From Mytilus californianus (lineage: Eukaryota), in assembly GCF_021869535.1 (NCBI RefSeq), contig NW_026262679.1, positions 17,174,001 through 17,238,000 of the forward strand: DNA of 64,000 bases. The letters are read 5' to 3'. The position numbers were made by a program, and so were the translations under genes. This document shows positions 1-14,550 of the stretch, piece by piece (position 1 is the first letter of the stretch; every line of letters starts with the position of its first letter). The notes below the pieces were generated by a model. It ran no database searches. It was not told the DNA's origin and worked only from the letters and a program-made list of their open reading frames with translations.

Positions 1-2243
1 TAATTCTGCATAAAGATTTGCTTTTACATAAAACTAAAATATGTATGTAATATGAGATATGAATGGAACCCTATACTCATGGCATTTCTGTATTATCTAT
101 ATAGTATATTACCACTGAGAATATACAGCTGGTAACACAAGTGATGTCATAGCCGTGAGCCTCGTTATCATGTCTAAAAATATGCATACAAGGGCGATCA
201 AGGCCATCTGTGTTTACACTAATGATTATCACATTCCCTGATAAGAAATACACACAACAACATGAAGATATCGATTTTATTAACTATGAAGGTTTTATTT
301 TACACATGATTGTTTGAAGTGGCCGGTGTCCTTTAAGGATAAACTCAGTTCACCATTACAGCTTAATCAAATCTATTAATGTGTATTTATGCTGCTAACA
401 AAGCTAAATTATAACAAACCTTTACATGTATCATAAGAAAAATTGCAATAGCTTATAATAACGATTATCGGTGTTCCACTGTCTAGATCACTCTGTTCCG
501 CTCTTCATAAACTTGCATATCACGGCTTTGTGACGTCAAATACGTTAACCTGGCCAAAATAACTTTGACCCAGACATATCACCGACGTCATTATGAGTGA
601 AGCAACGTTAATAGGTTTGATTCGAACTTATCAAGTCATCTTCCAGTTGGCCGGTGAAATAAAGAAAAATTGTTTCTATCATTGCAAAATACACAAATGC
701 AATCCGATAAATCGATTATTAGATTTCATCATATTTATACTGTAAAATATCAGCTGCTTGTCGCCAGCAGAACTTTGGGCTAACTACCATTATTGAGTGT
801 TCAAGCGTGTATATACAAAATTGGTAAGTGTCACGTAACATACAGTACCAATGGTAACTTTTCCTTTCCGGGAAACCGGGACTACAATATTAAGCTATTG
901 AAAAATATTGAATTGATATCATCTCAAGTTGTCCAGTGATTGTTCTTTAACAGAAGATATTACAACTAAGCAACAGAGCTCATGGCCACATCTTCTTATC
1001 TTTATATGATATCCATAAAGTAACTTGAAACATGCAGTCGGACACCACTGCATTGATTTAGCAGACGATATGCGCAAGTACATACATAAGTAAATCATAT
1101 AAAACATACTTCATCGACTCAATCTAAACATTACAATATAGTTGTGTTCGGCAGGGTACAAATGTATAACCATAAAATATTAGATCTGGAGTATTAAAAA
1201 TGTAATAAAAGACAATTATCCAGGTAAGGAATTGGTTTTAAATGAGATAAAAGTCGACACCCTTTCCCAATAGAATGTAGACGGCTAAATCGACGGTTAG
1301 TGAAGACCTGTATTTATGTGTTGACCCGTTGTTTATAAGGCATACACGTTATTAAAAGTGAATATTTGGTAACTAGAACAAATTCGATATCCAAAATTGG
1401 TTACTGCGTTATATTGAAAGGGTTGACTATTGAAAATTACACATATTCCCGGTCGTGAAACCTGTACAACACATGTGAACAAATGAATTAGAACAAAAAA
1501 TCACTTCGAGTGTTTTACATATTAAAAATTTTATCAATAGTCAGAATAACTATCATGCTCATTTCAAACCTATATGTACAAGCATATCTTCGAAATAGAT
1601 AGTTAAGCTGATGAAATGCATCGTCTCTTATATTTGGTAAAATCTTGAATCTTGACTGGTGATTTTTACAAAGGTCAACTTGCTGTTAATAATGTATGCA
1701 TTTTTCTAAAGACTCCCGACACAATCTTATCCTTATTTGTCTCTATTACTATTCCCCAGTACCTTAGCTTAGACTTAGCCCAGTTAATATACAATGTCTG
1801 TATTTACGTTGCCATTATCATCTTGAAATTGGATTATCATTTCTAAAACTCGTGAATTAGTATCTTTATTGGTCAATCACATGTATGTACCTATCTACAA
1901 AACAAATGTTCGATAACCTTTATTTCAGACAATGAGTGTATAACCAAAGTGCTAATTCCAATGTATTTATGACAATTTAAAGTAACGCTAACTTACTGCA
2001 ATAAATCACAATATGATTTATTGATTACAGATGCAATTAATTTTCTTTTTATAATTTACTTACTATTTTGTTTTTTTTATTGTAGAAGATACAAACCAAG
2101 ATAAGAACAATCAAGACCATATTACTGACTTCGTGAAAAAATTGTAATGCTTGTCAATACTGGAAGCCTATATTGAACATAAATGCATAATATCGACCTC
2201 GAAGAAGGGCTATTTTCATACATCTTGCAGTCGTTGTATTTGG

Positions 2244-2845
2244 TTTTTGTTTCGCCTGCGACGAAAGTCGCAGTATGCGGGACATAGGTATTACTGTCCG
2301 GCGGCGGCGGCGGCGTAAACTATTTGTATAAAGCTTTCTATTTCAGAAGATAGAAGACCTGGATGCTTCATACCTTGTATGCAGATACCTTATTTTACGA
2401 ACGAAGTTTCCGTCTGTCATATGTCCATTATCCTTGACCTCGTCTCATGATTCAGCGACTATACTACTTGAAAGAAAAATATAGTTTTTTTTGTCATGTG
2501 AATTTCTCACTTATTATGAGTAATGGGATACCTATATTTGCCTACATGTCTGTCGGGTAGGGTTCGCCTGACCTCGACCAGTGATCAAGGTTAAAGTTAT
2601 GTGATTAGGTCTGTTTCTCAGATACTATAAGCAGTAGGTCAACTATATGTGGTGTATGGAATGATTATAAGGGGTACAAATTTTATTGGTCCAATAACTA
2701 TATTCATCGAATTACACAATATAAGTGAATTTTTGATCACAACAATTTTGATCGATCTGATGAGTTACGCCCTTTTCAACCGATTTTTGTTTCAGAATGG
2801 GAGACATAGTGTTAAACAATCTGCAGGCAGCGACGGCCTAAAGTT
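2244..2845 (+). mobile_element. Non-autonomous Helentron-type (HINE/DINE-like) element
   Basis: 5' hairpin CTGCGAC-GAAA-GTCGCAG (2256-2273), (CGG)n at about 2299-2315 and internal GACCTTGACC-type core repeats. Confidence 0.55.
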
Positions 2846-3089
2846 TTTTTTTTTTAAAGCTGTATATTTCAAATGTTGCCCATTCGTTTGATGTATTTGA
2901 GCTTTTGATTTTGCCATTTGATTAGGGACTTTCCGTTTTGATTTTTCCTCAGAGTTCAGTATTTTTGTGATTTTACTTTTTTCTAAAGGTAGAAGACCTA
3001 GATGCTTCATTCCGTGTATGCAGATGCCTTATGTTACAATGTTTCTGTCTGTCATATGTCCATTGATCTTTTATATTTTCAATTTCATT

Positions 3090-4250
3090 AAGATGCAAGG
3101 AGAAATTTATCCCAAGAAGTGTAAATCTGTTGGAATCCCACTACTATCTCAACTTTACACACATAGTTTCTTGGATTAACTTTTTCCTCCCAATCCAAAA
3201 CAACCTTGGTCTTGTCTAAATTTTTATTAAGGCCTGATAAACCTGCATATTTGTTTAAAATACAGAGAGATGCATTCAAATATTTTGGTGACCCATCAAG
3301 TGTAAGAGAAGTATCAGCTGCATATTGTGAACTGAGATACTCTGAGTCATCTATAGTGATTCCTTAATTTTGGTATAATTCTACCAAGTTTCACTGAACA
3401 CAGTTAAAATATATATGGTGACAGGGGATCCCCTTGTCTACAGCCTCTCTGAATCTCACAAAATTCTGGCAATTTTGAGATACTGCAGATTGAAATAAAA
3501 GTAATGATACAATGTATGATAGATGGTCCGAAATTGAAAAAGTCCAATACGCTTTTAATAAAACTCTAAGAAATTGAGTCAAAGGCCTTTTCAAAATCAT
3601 AAAGAAGGAAAATATTAGTTATGTCATTTTCTTCTGTAGACAATTAAATATCATAAGTTAGTCTAGTATTATTACCATTACATCTTCCATGAATAACCCC
3701 TGTTTTATCATTATTGATAAAAATTGACAAGATAGACGTCATTCGCTCTGCAACCAACCAGACCCGAGTTTAAATATATGTTTGTGTTCAAAAGACTTAT
3801 AGGTCGCAACCTTTTCGTATATTGTCTTGGTTTATCCTCTTTTGGTATACAAGTGATTATTCTTCTATATTTTAGATACTGACATTTCACCCATACTATA
3901 CCTATAGTTGATTGACCGTAGAACAAATTTCATTACGTTTATCCAAAAATATTTTTGAAAAACTCACTGGTGTATCCATCTGATCCTGGACTTTGTTATT
4001 TTTCATTATTATAATTGCTGATGTTAATTCTGAGTATTTCTCATTTCATTTGTTAGCTTTTAAACCTCTAAATATGGAATTTCCTAATTGAGATCAACAT
4101 TTTCTATTGTATCTTTCTTTCCATATAAATCTTTATCATACAGTAAACTATTATTAAATTTTTATTAACTTTTTCAAATATTGAACAAGAAACAAATCAA
4201 GCCAAGCTTTGTGGATTAATTTTTCTCAACGTATATCGTTTCTTATTGTG
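3090..4250 (-). mobile_element. Decayed L1/Tx1-type LINE reverse transcriptase
   Basis: Minus-strand peptides MKNNKSPGSDGYTSEFFK, IITCIPKEDKPRQ...RPISLLNT, SQYAADTSLTLDG and KYAGLSGL..NLDKTKV across broken frames. Confidence 0.85.
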
Positions 4251-4690
4251 GTAGAAATGTATAAAAACCCGGCCTCTATTGTAATCACTCAATCTTCGGC
4301 AACTTTTAGAATTATACCAGTTCAAGGCGATCGTATTATAACGAAACTTTTGTCCCCTGTGAAATTTTAGAATTGTACCAGCTCATATCGCACATAACTG
4401 TTCTTTTGTAATGCATATTTATGCAGTCTCTGTTTTAAATATTTAACCTGCGTCAACTTTGAAATTTTAGAATGATACAAGCGTGGTTCAGTTTTTGATT
4501 TGTATTACTTTCAAGATTGTTTTACTAATATCAGAATAAAATGATAAGATTTATTTACAATCATACTGATAAAAGATAATGTTTTCTTTTGTAATATTGG
4601 TGTTGTTTTGTACACTTTTTTATGCGTAGGTACTGCATTATATTAATCATAAGACATCCGATGGATAAGATATAATTTGCTGTAGTCACT

Positions 4691-4724
<34 letters not shown>

Positions 4725-4727
<3 letters not shown>

Positions 4728-5058
4728 CCTTCGGGTTTATATGATCCGTTCATCCTATTTTGACTCTTTCAAAATTCAAGAGTCTATCCTAAACTGAGGT
4801 TAATTATATGGCCTTCCAAATACCGTTTCGATTCCTAACATCACTGAAGAGACATTAATTGTCGAAATCCGGATATGGTGTACAAAGTTTTGCACCCCAT
4901 GTTTGCGGTATGCCATCTTTTCCGCAAGTTTACTGTTTTCTGTTTGTAATAAATTAATAATAAGAACTATTTTGTTACATCTTGTGATGCGTTTATTTGG
5001 CAATCACCAATGGCAGTTAGCAGGGTTTTAGAACATCAGTTGTTCGACCTGCTAGTTA
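4725..5058 (+). mobile_element. Truncated copy of the 536-bp retrozyme-like unit
   Basis: Matches the 41095-41430 part of the array. Starts at (TA)n 4695-4724 and ends at a Helentron-type insertion. Confidence 0.85.
4838..4881 (+). ncRNA. Type I hammerhead ribozyme (536-bp family), solo copy
   Basis: ACATCA-CTGAAGA-GACA/TTAAT/TGTC-GAAA-TCCGGA-TA-TGGTGT. Stem I is ACAUCA/UGGUGU, stem II has 4 bp, stem III is the palindrome AUCCGGAU. Predicted cut after 4875. Confidence 0.9.
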
Positions 5059-5061
5059 CTT

Positions 5062-5490
5062 TGTTATGTCCCCGCAGCGGAGGGGACATTTAGTGTTACA
5101 CGTGTTCGTCTTTACGTCTGTATGTCCGTACTTACGTCTCGAAATTGATTTTCGTTCTTTTACTTAAGTTTGCCTCCACCAAATGTTATGAAACTTATAC
5201 ACAATGCTTATTACCACAAAACACAGATCAAGTTTTAATTTGGGTGGCGTCACTTTTACCGTTCTAGAGTTATGCCCTTTACAAATGGAAAAAAATCTGA
5301 ATTTTTCGTTTCCGTTCTCTAACTTATTAATAAGTTTGCCTCAACCAAATGTTATGAAAATTACACACAATATTTATTGCCACAAATATCAAATCAAGTT
5401 TAAACTTTTATTGTTCTTGAGTTATGTCCTTTTATAAAGGGATATAACGCTATATGCAAGCGGGGGCATCATCTGTGTCCCATGGACAGA
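5062..5490 (+). mobile_element. Non-autonomous Helentron-type element
   Basis: 5' hairpin ATGTCCCC/GGGGACAT (5066-5089), two internal core repeats (AAGTTTGCCTC.ACCAAATGTTATGAAA), 3' subterminal GCGGGGGCAT plus a terminal hairpin. Confidence 0.75.
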
Positions 5491-5846
5491 TTCTCAATTT
5501 ATTTTCTTTTATGTTGCATACATACAGGTACAATGTATGTTTAATATTTTGTTTGTAGCATTTTATGCTTATTTTCTCAGTTTTGTCTTGGGTGTTATAT
5601 AATAAGAGTAGTAAGTCCTCGCTGTCTTACACCTTTAACGTTCTATTGCGGTTTTCCTATTGTTCAAAGACATCGGTCTCATAACCAAAAAATAAACATA
5701 TATAACAGTTCAAAATGCATGAATTGTACATTTAAGTATATTTGGGGATAACAAACTACGTGTACTACAATAACAAAACAAGACCAAATAAACAAAGCAA
5801 CGAGATAATAACTTACGTAAAAAAGTAGCATGCATGTTCATATTAA

Positions 5847-5850
<4 letters not shown>

Positions 5851-5879
<29 letters not shown>
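5851..5879. repeat. (TA)n microsatellite (others at 4695-4724, 39392-39415, 42140-42157 and 42357-42407)
   Basis: Read directly from the sequence. Confidence 0.95.
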
Positions 5880-5882
<3 letters not shown>

Positions 5883-6869
5883 ATGCAAGCATGTCTAAAC
5901 AGTAAAGCATTCTAAATAAAGCAAATTAAATGACCAGAAGGAAAAATACATCTTGGGGTTCAACCAAAAACTAACCTATTTAGTCATATGCATTTATCAA
6001 TTAAACAGTAACATTTTAGCGTGTGAGAATATTACACTATGAGAAAAAAATATACATGTAAATAAAATTAAAATTTGTACAAATGCCGATATTCAATATT
6101 CTTAATTATATAGTTGAAAGATATCATCTTAAAAGCGGAGCGTGAAGTTGAAAGATAATGCGAGCCTCTTTTCATTCTTCCTAAGAAGCTCATGTGTGAA
6201 AAATAGTATCAAAAATAAAAATACTGAACTTCAAGGTAAATAAAAAAAGGGTTGTCCATAGTTAGATTCAAACATAACTGTCATATTCCTGACATATTCC
6301 ATGAAGAAAATGGTGATTTAAACCTGGTTTTATGGCTAGCTAAACCTCCCACTTTATAGTGCTGTTATATTAACAAAATTAAGTCAGCAACGCAAACAGA
6401 CATAATTGGTAAATGTGACAATATTTGTGATCCAGCAGCCAAAATTGTATAAACAAACATCACAGACATCCAACACAACTGTACAAAAAAATAATACAAA
6501 AATACAAAAAACTTTGACAAAAACGCCAACAAAAAAGATCTTGTTATTCACATAAAATTCGACAAAGACGCTAACAAAAAAAAGGTTTTGAAGTTGATAA
6601 TAAATAAAATAATGCCATACTAGTAAACACTTTCCCTATAAAATACATATTAAGTAAAGTATAAATGCCAGTCAGCCTCATTTGAATAAAGGAACAAGTC
6701 GACAAGAAAAGAAGCACAGTTGGTTTCAATTGGAATGTCGATTGTTAAAAGATAAACACGTCCTCCAAACGTAACAAATATCTTGTCAATCAAGAAATCA
6801 TTCATCTTGATAATTAATGTCAATTTCAATACGATTCATCAATCCCTAAGACACCAAAGCAGGACCAAT

Positions 6870-7485
6870 TCTTTTAATCTCTCTTTTAATTAGGAAGTGG
6901 AAATACTTGTGTAAAGGGTTCTCTAACAGATCTTTTGAATTTTTTAGTATCCATATCTGATTCACGCCGCTACTTGAGTAGGTTGTTTTACGATAGCCTG
7001 GCTTTAATTGTTGATAAAATTGATTTTATTAATTTAAAAAGAGGTTTCCTGGAGCACTTGGCAGACCCGGCTATATATAAGGACACTTATGTAATTTAGG
7101 TATCCATTACAGTTAAGGAAGATCCAAGCTCTTCATCTTTGGTCGAAATACCGAAAGGAACTTAGAACAGACCTATGATTATTCAAGATTTCCTCCTTTG
7201 TAAGTGTTGTGGAGGTAAATGTTAAGTTAACATGTGAATTTGTAATACCTTATTCCGTGATTTACACACAATGTTGTTTGCAGCTTTATCTGCGAGAGCC
7301 TCAACATATATAATTTGTCATGAATGTAGAACAATGCTTTGCTTTTGGGTCGATGTAACATGTGTATTCTCAGACTAATTCATTTTTGTATTTTTAATTC
7401 GTAAAGACCTCACAATCTTAACTCATTCGGAAAGGGTATCTATGTATTCTTTTTCTCGTTTACCCAATAATTTCTTCAGGAATAT
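6870..7485 (-). mobile_element. Decayed Penelope-like RT (likely Naiad-type, RT at C-terminus), N-terminal RT region
   Basis: Minus-strand peptides DTLSE, ADKAANNIV, KEEILNNHRSVLSSF, WIPKLHKCPY, IAGSAKCSRKPL and SGVNQIWILKNSKDLLE. Confidence 0.75.
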
Positions 7486-10400
7486 GGCAGTTGTTTTTCA
7501 CTTGTTTCGTTGTTTGATTTTTTTTCGGTTTTATGGACTTCCGTTTTTTGAATTTGCCTTGGGGTTTGTCGTGTTGTTAAATTTTTTTAGCCCATTTTCT
7601 GGCATAATCCTCAAATGAATCAATCAGTATTTTAAAAGTTGTGTTTCCAATAATGGATTAATCTTTACATTTTTTTGAGCTTTTGATAACTCGAAAATTG
7701 TGCAAACGCCATCACCAGTTGTTTAATCATTATGGAAATAATAGATATTTACTGATCTTCAAAGTAAGAATATTGCCAAAGTTGATGGCATTGAGACCAT
7801 TGTTGACAAAGGTCAGTTATAGACAGGACTCATCTTTTCAAATGCAAACTAGTCTGAAAAGTCTGTGGCGGAAATTTTCGAGTTGATATCTGTAGTTTGT
7901 ATTGGATTGAATGGGGGTTTGTAAAAGTTGTTTCCAAATATAAGTTGTATGAAACAATGAAGTTTAGAAAGAAATAGTGAATAAAACTTCGTGCTAATTT
8001 AATGAATATCCAACGGCTTTTGTATAAATGGCAGAAGGTCATTAATGAAGACATCATACACCATGTATTTGAGGTATTGTGTAATGACCATGACCATCAC
8101 TGCAGCTATAAGAAGGACCAAATATAATACCTTCACTATCAATTTTGTCCTGCAACCATATGGTGTCGCAATTCCCGATTCCCGAATCCAATTGTCTTTC
8201 TTTCTTTTTTTTTTCTCTGGAGATCTGTTGCATTAAGGATTAAAGTGTAATTATTGAATGGTTTAAATTAAATCATATTTAATCAATCATATAATATATC
8301 TACTAATGTATCAAACAATAGTACCATATTTTGTATAAAATGACATTTGACATTTATTTGATGATGATAAACAGTAACTACTAGTAAATAACATTTATTG
8401 CAAATTCACAAAAACTTTATTAAAAATAAATTAGTATGATATTAAAAGTTTCTTCGTTTATAGTTTAACATTAGTTTGCCATTAAAACCAACGTCGATTT
8501 TTTTTTTTTTTTTTATATTTAATTTGTTTAATAACATTTTATTTTACACAGGCATTACATATTTTTGTAAAGTATATGTTGTAAAAAGGAAATGAAAATG
8601 CGAATGCATCATACAGAAAAAAAAAATAAAAAAATCAAATACTCAAGTCGAATATCAATTTTATGGACATCCCCTTTTGTACATTACCTTGGAGTTCGGT
8701 ATGTTTGTCATTCTTTTGTTTCCTTATTTCTGTCGTACAATCACCATCACGAATTGGTTGACTATGTGTCGATTTCTCAATACACTGGCGACATGTATTC
8801 GTGAATTTTTTTTATCTATATATAAAAGTATAGTCGTCGGATCTGAATTCAACCGATTTTGTATTGTTCCCGATTGTGGCATTTTGACTAAGTGTGAATT
8901 CAAAATGCGGGAGATGCATTCATAGCAGGAGACGATTACCCTGTCAACGCAGCTGTTCTCGCTTCTTTTGGAGTTCATGATATCTCCTCAATTATATTGT
9001 TACCTTTATTTGTCTCTATTAATCGATTAAGTTATTTTAATATCGGTAGACTACTGTCGCCTCCAATACAGTGTTCAGAAAAATCTAAAATGAACAATTG
9101 TTTTGCGTTTCAAAGTTTCCACGATGTTCTTTTCAACTCAAAATGTTTTGTATGATTTTTGTGGTAAACTTACACTATTTCCTTTGATGATTGCTAAAAG
9201 TTGTAATGTTATCTTGTCGTCGTCTTTTCACGGTTCATCTTCTACTTAAGATACAACATTTTTTTAAACTATCAACGGTAGATCATATAGAAATTTGCCT
9301 CTGTTGATACATTGTATAATTTGTAAAGATTTTTCTCATTTTATATGAAACCCGGTCCTCAAAGATTGTTATGTTTTGGATAGACTGACATGAACAATGC
9401 ACTTTGTGAAAAAGGCTCCTGGCTTGGGACAGGCATATACCGAATGCGGCTGTGTAAAATATGTTAGAGGTGCCAAACCTCCCCTTTCCTGGGACAACAG
9501 TGCATCAGTACAACACAAAAACAAATTGAACAAACCAATAAACAAAATCAAGTACTACAACAACAAACGACAACCACTTAATTACAGAAACCTGACTTGG
9601 GACATGCAAATATAGAAGGTTGTTGGATTAAATATGTATTTTTTTTTTATTTTAGAAATGGGCACACTATGTACCCCTTTACCACAAGCTGTCATAAAAC
9701 AAAACATAATTGTAAAATGCAAGTGCAAATACTACGAGCACGGGTATGCATTCTACTGCATCCTAACAGCACAATTTATATTCCTGTAATCAGGTCTGTT
9801 CCATATTTTTGTGTTTTTCAGGAAAATAATGGAAATAGACAACTTCAAACTAGAATCTATGACAAATCTTCGGTTTTTAAAATAGATAACAACCTGCTTC
9901 ACAAACGAATCTTATAAATCAACTAATTCATGATGGTGACCGTAAACGTTTTGTAGTATTGATTCAGTTTCCGTATAACGCTGTCGAAGCAGTGTTTTTT
10001 TGTCAAAAGCAAACCTGTTTAAAAGGTTGTCCGTATAGTGTGAAGAGCGTCTTTAATGACATGCCGACATTGTGTCCAATCTTTTTTCGATGGAGAAATG
10101 TTTTGCACAAAAATAAGAAGATGTGGTAATGAGACAACTCTCTCCCTAACGTGGGACAGTGGTGTAACAGTGGTTCTTTTTTCATAAAATCTCTGTATTG
10201 AACAATATTTTGTTTCCCCGTATTTACATGGCCATAGGGACCATATCTTAAATTCTATGATTCAGTCTCAAGTTGACAGAGCATTATTTGCTATACTGAA
10301 GTCTAACGAAACTTACGAATAAATAACAAATAGAGTTGCACTGTTGTTTTGTATGTAAACGAACAAAATAGGTGGTTCGATGTTTCATTGCAAATCATTG

Positions 10401-13400
10401 AACCACCTAGACCGTAAAATGTTGGTAGTATAGATTTCAGTCGTATTTCCTAATAACTGTGGACAGTTGTTTTATCAGGAGCACACCTCTTTAAAAGAAG
10501 TCCGTATAATGTGCAGATGTAAAGATGCATAGTGTGCTAGTGACCTAATACGATATATATGGAGTCAGTAAATTCCATATGGGGTGAGAGCGAAGGTCAC
10601 TAGCACACTATGTAATGAATTTATCTTACCGATTATCTTAACATGTGGTGTTATTATTAAGAACCTACTTCCATTGGTCTATTCAAAAACAAATGCCAAC
10701 AATAACAATTTGTTAGCTTTAAATGTGTTTTATGAATTTATTTCAATCTTTCATCATCAATTACTTCGTCTGCTGAAACCTTTAAGATTTTTCCTCAACA
10801 CTGTGTTGTTTTTATAAAGGGACGTAACACCACTACTAACCCTGTATTGAAATAAGCCCCGCCTACTATCCCAATATGGAATATACACGGTCTCCACGCG
10901 GTTGCTTTTAACCAATCATATTCCTACAAATGTATAGGAGGTAAGATGAATTGAGATATGTATATAACGCCATACGATTTGGAATAGGTATGCTATCACT
11001 ATGAAATAGGTAGTCGTTATTGCAACGTTGAAGTTATATTGTTTATCACAGATTCTAGCTATATATAGTTTGGAGCCGTCCATCTGTGTCAGTATCGAGG
11101 AAACGGTCATGATGTGAAACAGACATTTCTAATTCCATTAGCATTCTTAATCTGAAATTCACTGTATTATAAGTACTATTGAAATAATGGCTATTGAGTG
11201 GCAGGACATCATCAATAAATCAGAAAGTGAAATTAAAGAATTCTTCGATATGCACTTTTTAATTTTGTCTTTTGAGAAGGATGTGTTTGCATTCTATTTC
11301 AACTGAGCACAGAGACTTTTTTCTGCAAGTCGGGATACGATATATTTCAACAGAAATCGTTACTTCACAAATTTAAAGAACATCATCACAAATTGATGAC
11401 TGACAAGATGTTTTTGTTTCTCAACTCACGAAGACGAGGTTCCAAGGTGTAAGATCTGAGGTTCTAAATTAATCGTCTGATCTGTGAATTTACCAATTGT
11501 GTCCTTTTTCAATCGCGACATTTCGACTGAATTTGGATTTGCATGACTTATGCTGCATGTATAGAAACGAAATTTGAAGATCGGTAAAATACTGTTGCCT
11601 CTAATGTATTAATCATTCAACTCTCTTTTTCCGGTAAAGTTAGATACTTTGGAAATTTATGTTTTTCATTTTCTAAGATGCTCTGATAATCGGTAAAAAG
11701 TTATTAAATAATAGTCACATCAAAATTCCTGACGAAAATAACACTTTATAAATTTACCTTCAATAGGAACCACAAAATGTCATAGACAAAGTCATTTTGT
11801 TTAAACATGTTTATTTTAAAAATACAGCAAGCGGATTAGACACAAGCTAGTTCAAGTTAGATCTTCTACTCCTGAGAAACAATATGAATCAAATAATTAT
11901 ACAGCATGCAAATATTTAAATTATACCCCGTCAGATGCTCCGAAATTAAGAATGGAGATTGATGCTGACGTAAATTTCCCACCGGGATAATTGTGTTGCA
12001 ATACAAGTTCTTCGGAAATGTTAGGCAATTGAAATATTCATTACAATAATCGACCATTTCATAAAAATTATATTTAAGATGTGTCAGACACAACCATTTC
12101 ATCCTGTTTTTCCTTTCTTCCAATTGAAATATGGCATTAGTCTGGACATTCGAACATAATGTTCAAAAGTTTAGAAATGATATTTATATAACATGTATAA
12201 ATTATTTGCATAAAAAATACAAGATGACTATTCAATCTGTATCTATTTATATCTACACAAAGGCTTTAAATATCAAAAAAGCATGCTCTATTTATTCTTT
12301 TTTAAAGTCTTTTTTTTTATTTTGGTTATTTGTAGCAAAGCACAAAAACATATATATAGAATTGAACAACATATAGTTTTACAAGTATGTACTTTTGAGT
12401 TTTGTCGCATTGTTCGATGAACATTTTATTAATATAAACGCCGGGTAAAAATGAACATCTCACAATTGTATAACTTTCGTCGCCTCAACTCACCTCAACC
12501 TATCTTTTAAAACGTTAGAGTCGAATAATGCTTTTTTTTCCAGGAACATAGGAAAACTTTCAAAATATACACCAACCACATCAAAAATCGGTAAGGAATT
12601 TTAGATGTGATTTTCTTTAGGAATGTCTTATTAGTCCGTGTGTCAGCTGATGACGAAAATGACTACTGGAGACAGCAATGTTTACTGTTAATTCAAGATA
12701 CGTAATAGGAACGATAAATACATGCATTTTAACACAACATAAAAACAAAATGAGTAGAGTACATGATATCAAGAAATTAAAAACAATTGATATTAACAAC
12801 TATTTTTGATTTACGGCAAAATTTAATACTTGTGACATGATTTAGGGAGCTAAGAAATTTCTAAACGATCGTATTCCAACATTTGCATTTGACAAATGTT
12901 TGATGCACAAAACCATATGTTTCAGAAAAAATGATTTTTTTTTTAACAAAACAACATTTTCCTAACAATATTTAATTGTAGTTTTTATTCTAAACATACA
13001 TTCTTTTAATCCTTTTTTCATATCAAGACAAGAATTTTTAGAGAAAAGGTGACAACGGGAACACCGCTTACAGAAAAACGTGGTTGTAAATTGTTCGAGG
13101 AGGTGAACTTGTATCATATCAAAGTCTCTGAAAGATGGGTGTATGACAAGGGCTTGAGATTATGATGTGATACTTTTTTCTTATCTTTTAATAAACGTGC
13201 AGCAAAGATTATCATCTTTAAAATGAAAATTTGAATTTACAAATGTATTGCGCTAGATTCGCTTGTATGGCTTTGCCTAACATAACATTCCAACAAGCTG
13301 CAGCAGTTGCCTGAAAATGGATGAAACAACACCAGTAAGCAGTTGCATGTTTCATAAAATTTCACAGACATCACTTAAAATGTATAATTGTAATTGTGAA

Positions 13401-14304
13401 ATAACTATAAATCAGTGTTTTTTTACCATACAGACAATTTTGATTTTGATTTTGTCGCAATAAGAGTTACTTTCCATATTTCACGACTCACCTCTAAATG
13501 AATCTACCCATATCTTAAAATTGTGTGATCAATATTGAAACACTGTTAACACAAATCAAGACTGCGAAACATGATATTTATTTAGGATTTATACAATTTG
13601 AACAACATATATATTTTATGAATGATAAATATCAATACTTTTACTAATAAATTATAATTTAAGTATGTTTTATTGGAAAGATCCACCAGATAAAAAGATC
13701 AAGTGCTTTCACTGTAAAAATATCAAAAGAATATAGAACTCCGCTACTCAATCTATCCAATCACAAAATAGAAATAATTAAAACCTTGTGATACATGTAC
13801 ATGTATGAACGTCAAACAAATGATTTCTCATTTTGTATTTTTTTGTGACTTTTATAGCTGACTTTACGGTATGGGTTTTGATCACTGTTGAAGGCAGTAC
13901 GGTAATCTAAAGCTGCTAACACCCATGTAATTAGAATATAGACGAAAGTTTGTGTAATTGGTTATCATACCACATTTGGTTATTTTAATATTCTTGTACA
14001 AGATCTGCATATTTCAGATGTTTACAAAATGACATAACAAGACTTGCATCATACTTCACAAATTGTATGAGATCACAACTGTGAAATGTGTTTAAACTGA
14101 TCACCTGCTTCGATTAACTCTTTTATCTATATTAAACGTATATGGACATGGAGAATAACTGTTTATAAAATACAAATATGAAGTTAACAATTAGTTTATG
14201 TATATAATCAATCATATCACATAACCAATGTACATATACGTTTTGTTTACAAATAAACTTACAAACATCTGTTAGATGCGTTTTGGTACACTTGCACTTG
14301 AAAT

Positions 14305-14550
14305 GTAAAACACGCTATATAGTTGTGTGTCCGAAGCGCTTTTACCTGGATTTACCTTCATCGAAAACGGTCAAATACATAATATTAAAGTCAAGTACAT
14401 ATACTTACTTGCATACGTGAGAAGCTTATGACAAAACGGAACCTTAAATGAATATCCAAATCCGTCTAAGGTCAAATTTGGCTGATGGAGTTGAAATCTT
14501 AGTTTGTCAAATATTTTCAAATTCATCAATAGCAAATTTTAGAAAGGTAT
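14305..14550 (-). mobile_element. Decayed copy of the 334-bp family
   Basis: GTCCGAAGCGCTTTTACCTGGATTTACCTTCATC and CAAATCCGTCTAAGGTCAA match 44081-44580. The ribozyme core is broken. Confidence 0.65.

Noticed and set aside
7423-7425. In-frame TGA in the Naiad-like fragment as a possible selenocysteine codon
   Set aside because: It falls where I expect Trp (TGG to TGA), in a copy with many other lesions.
11866-12123. Cys-containing 85-aa minus-strand ORF with a faint RING-like look
   Set aside because: The metal-ligand spacing is incomplete and there is no splice support.
12640-12670. CTGATGA-C-GAAA minimal hammerhead-like string
   Set aside because: No stem I or stem III pairing can be formed.
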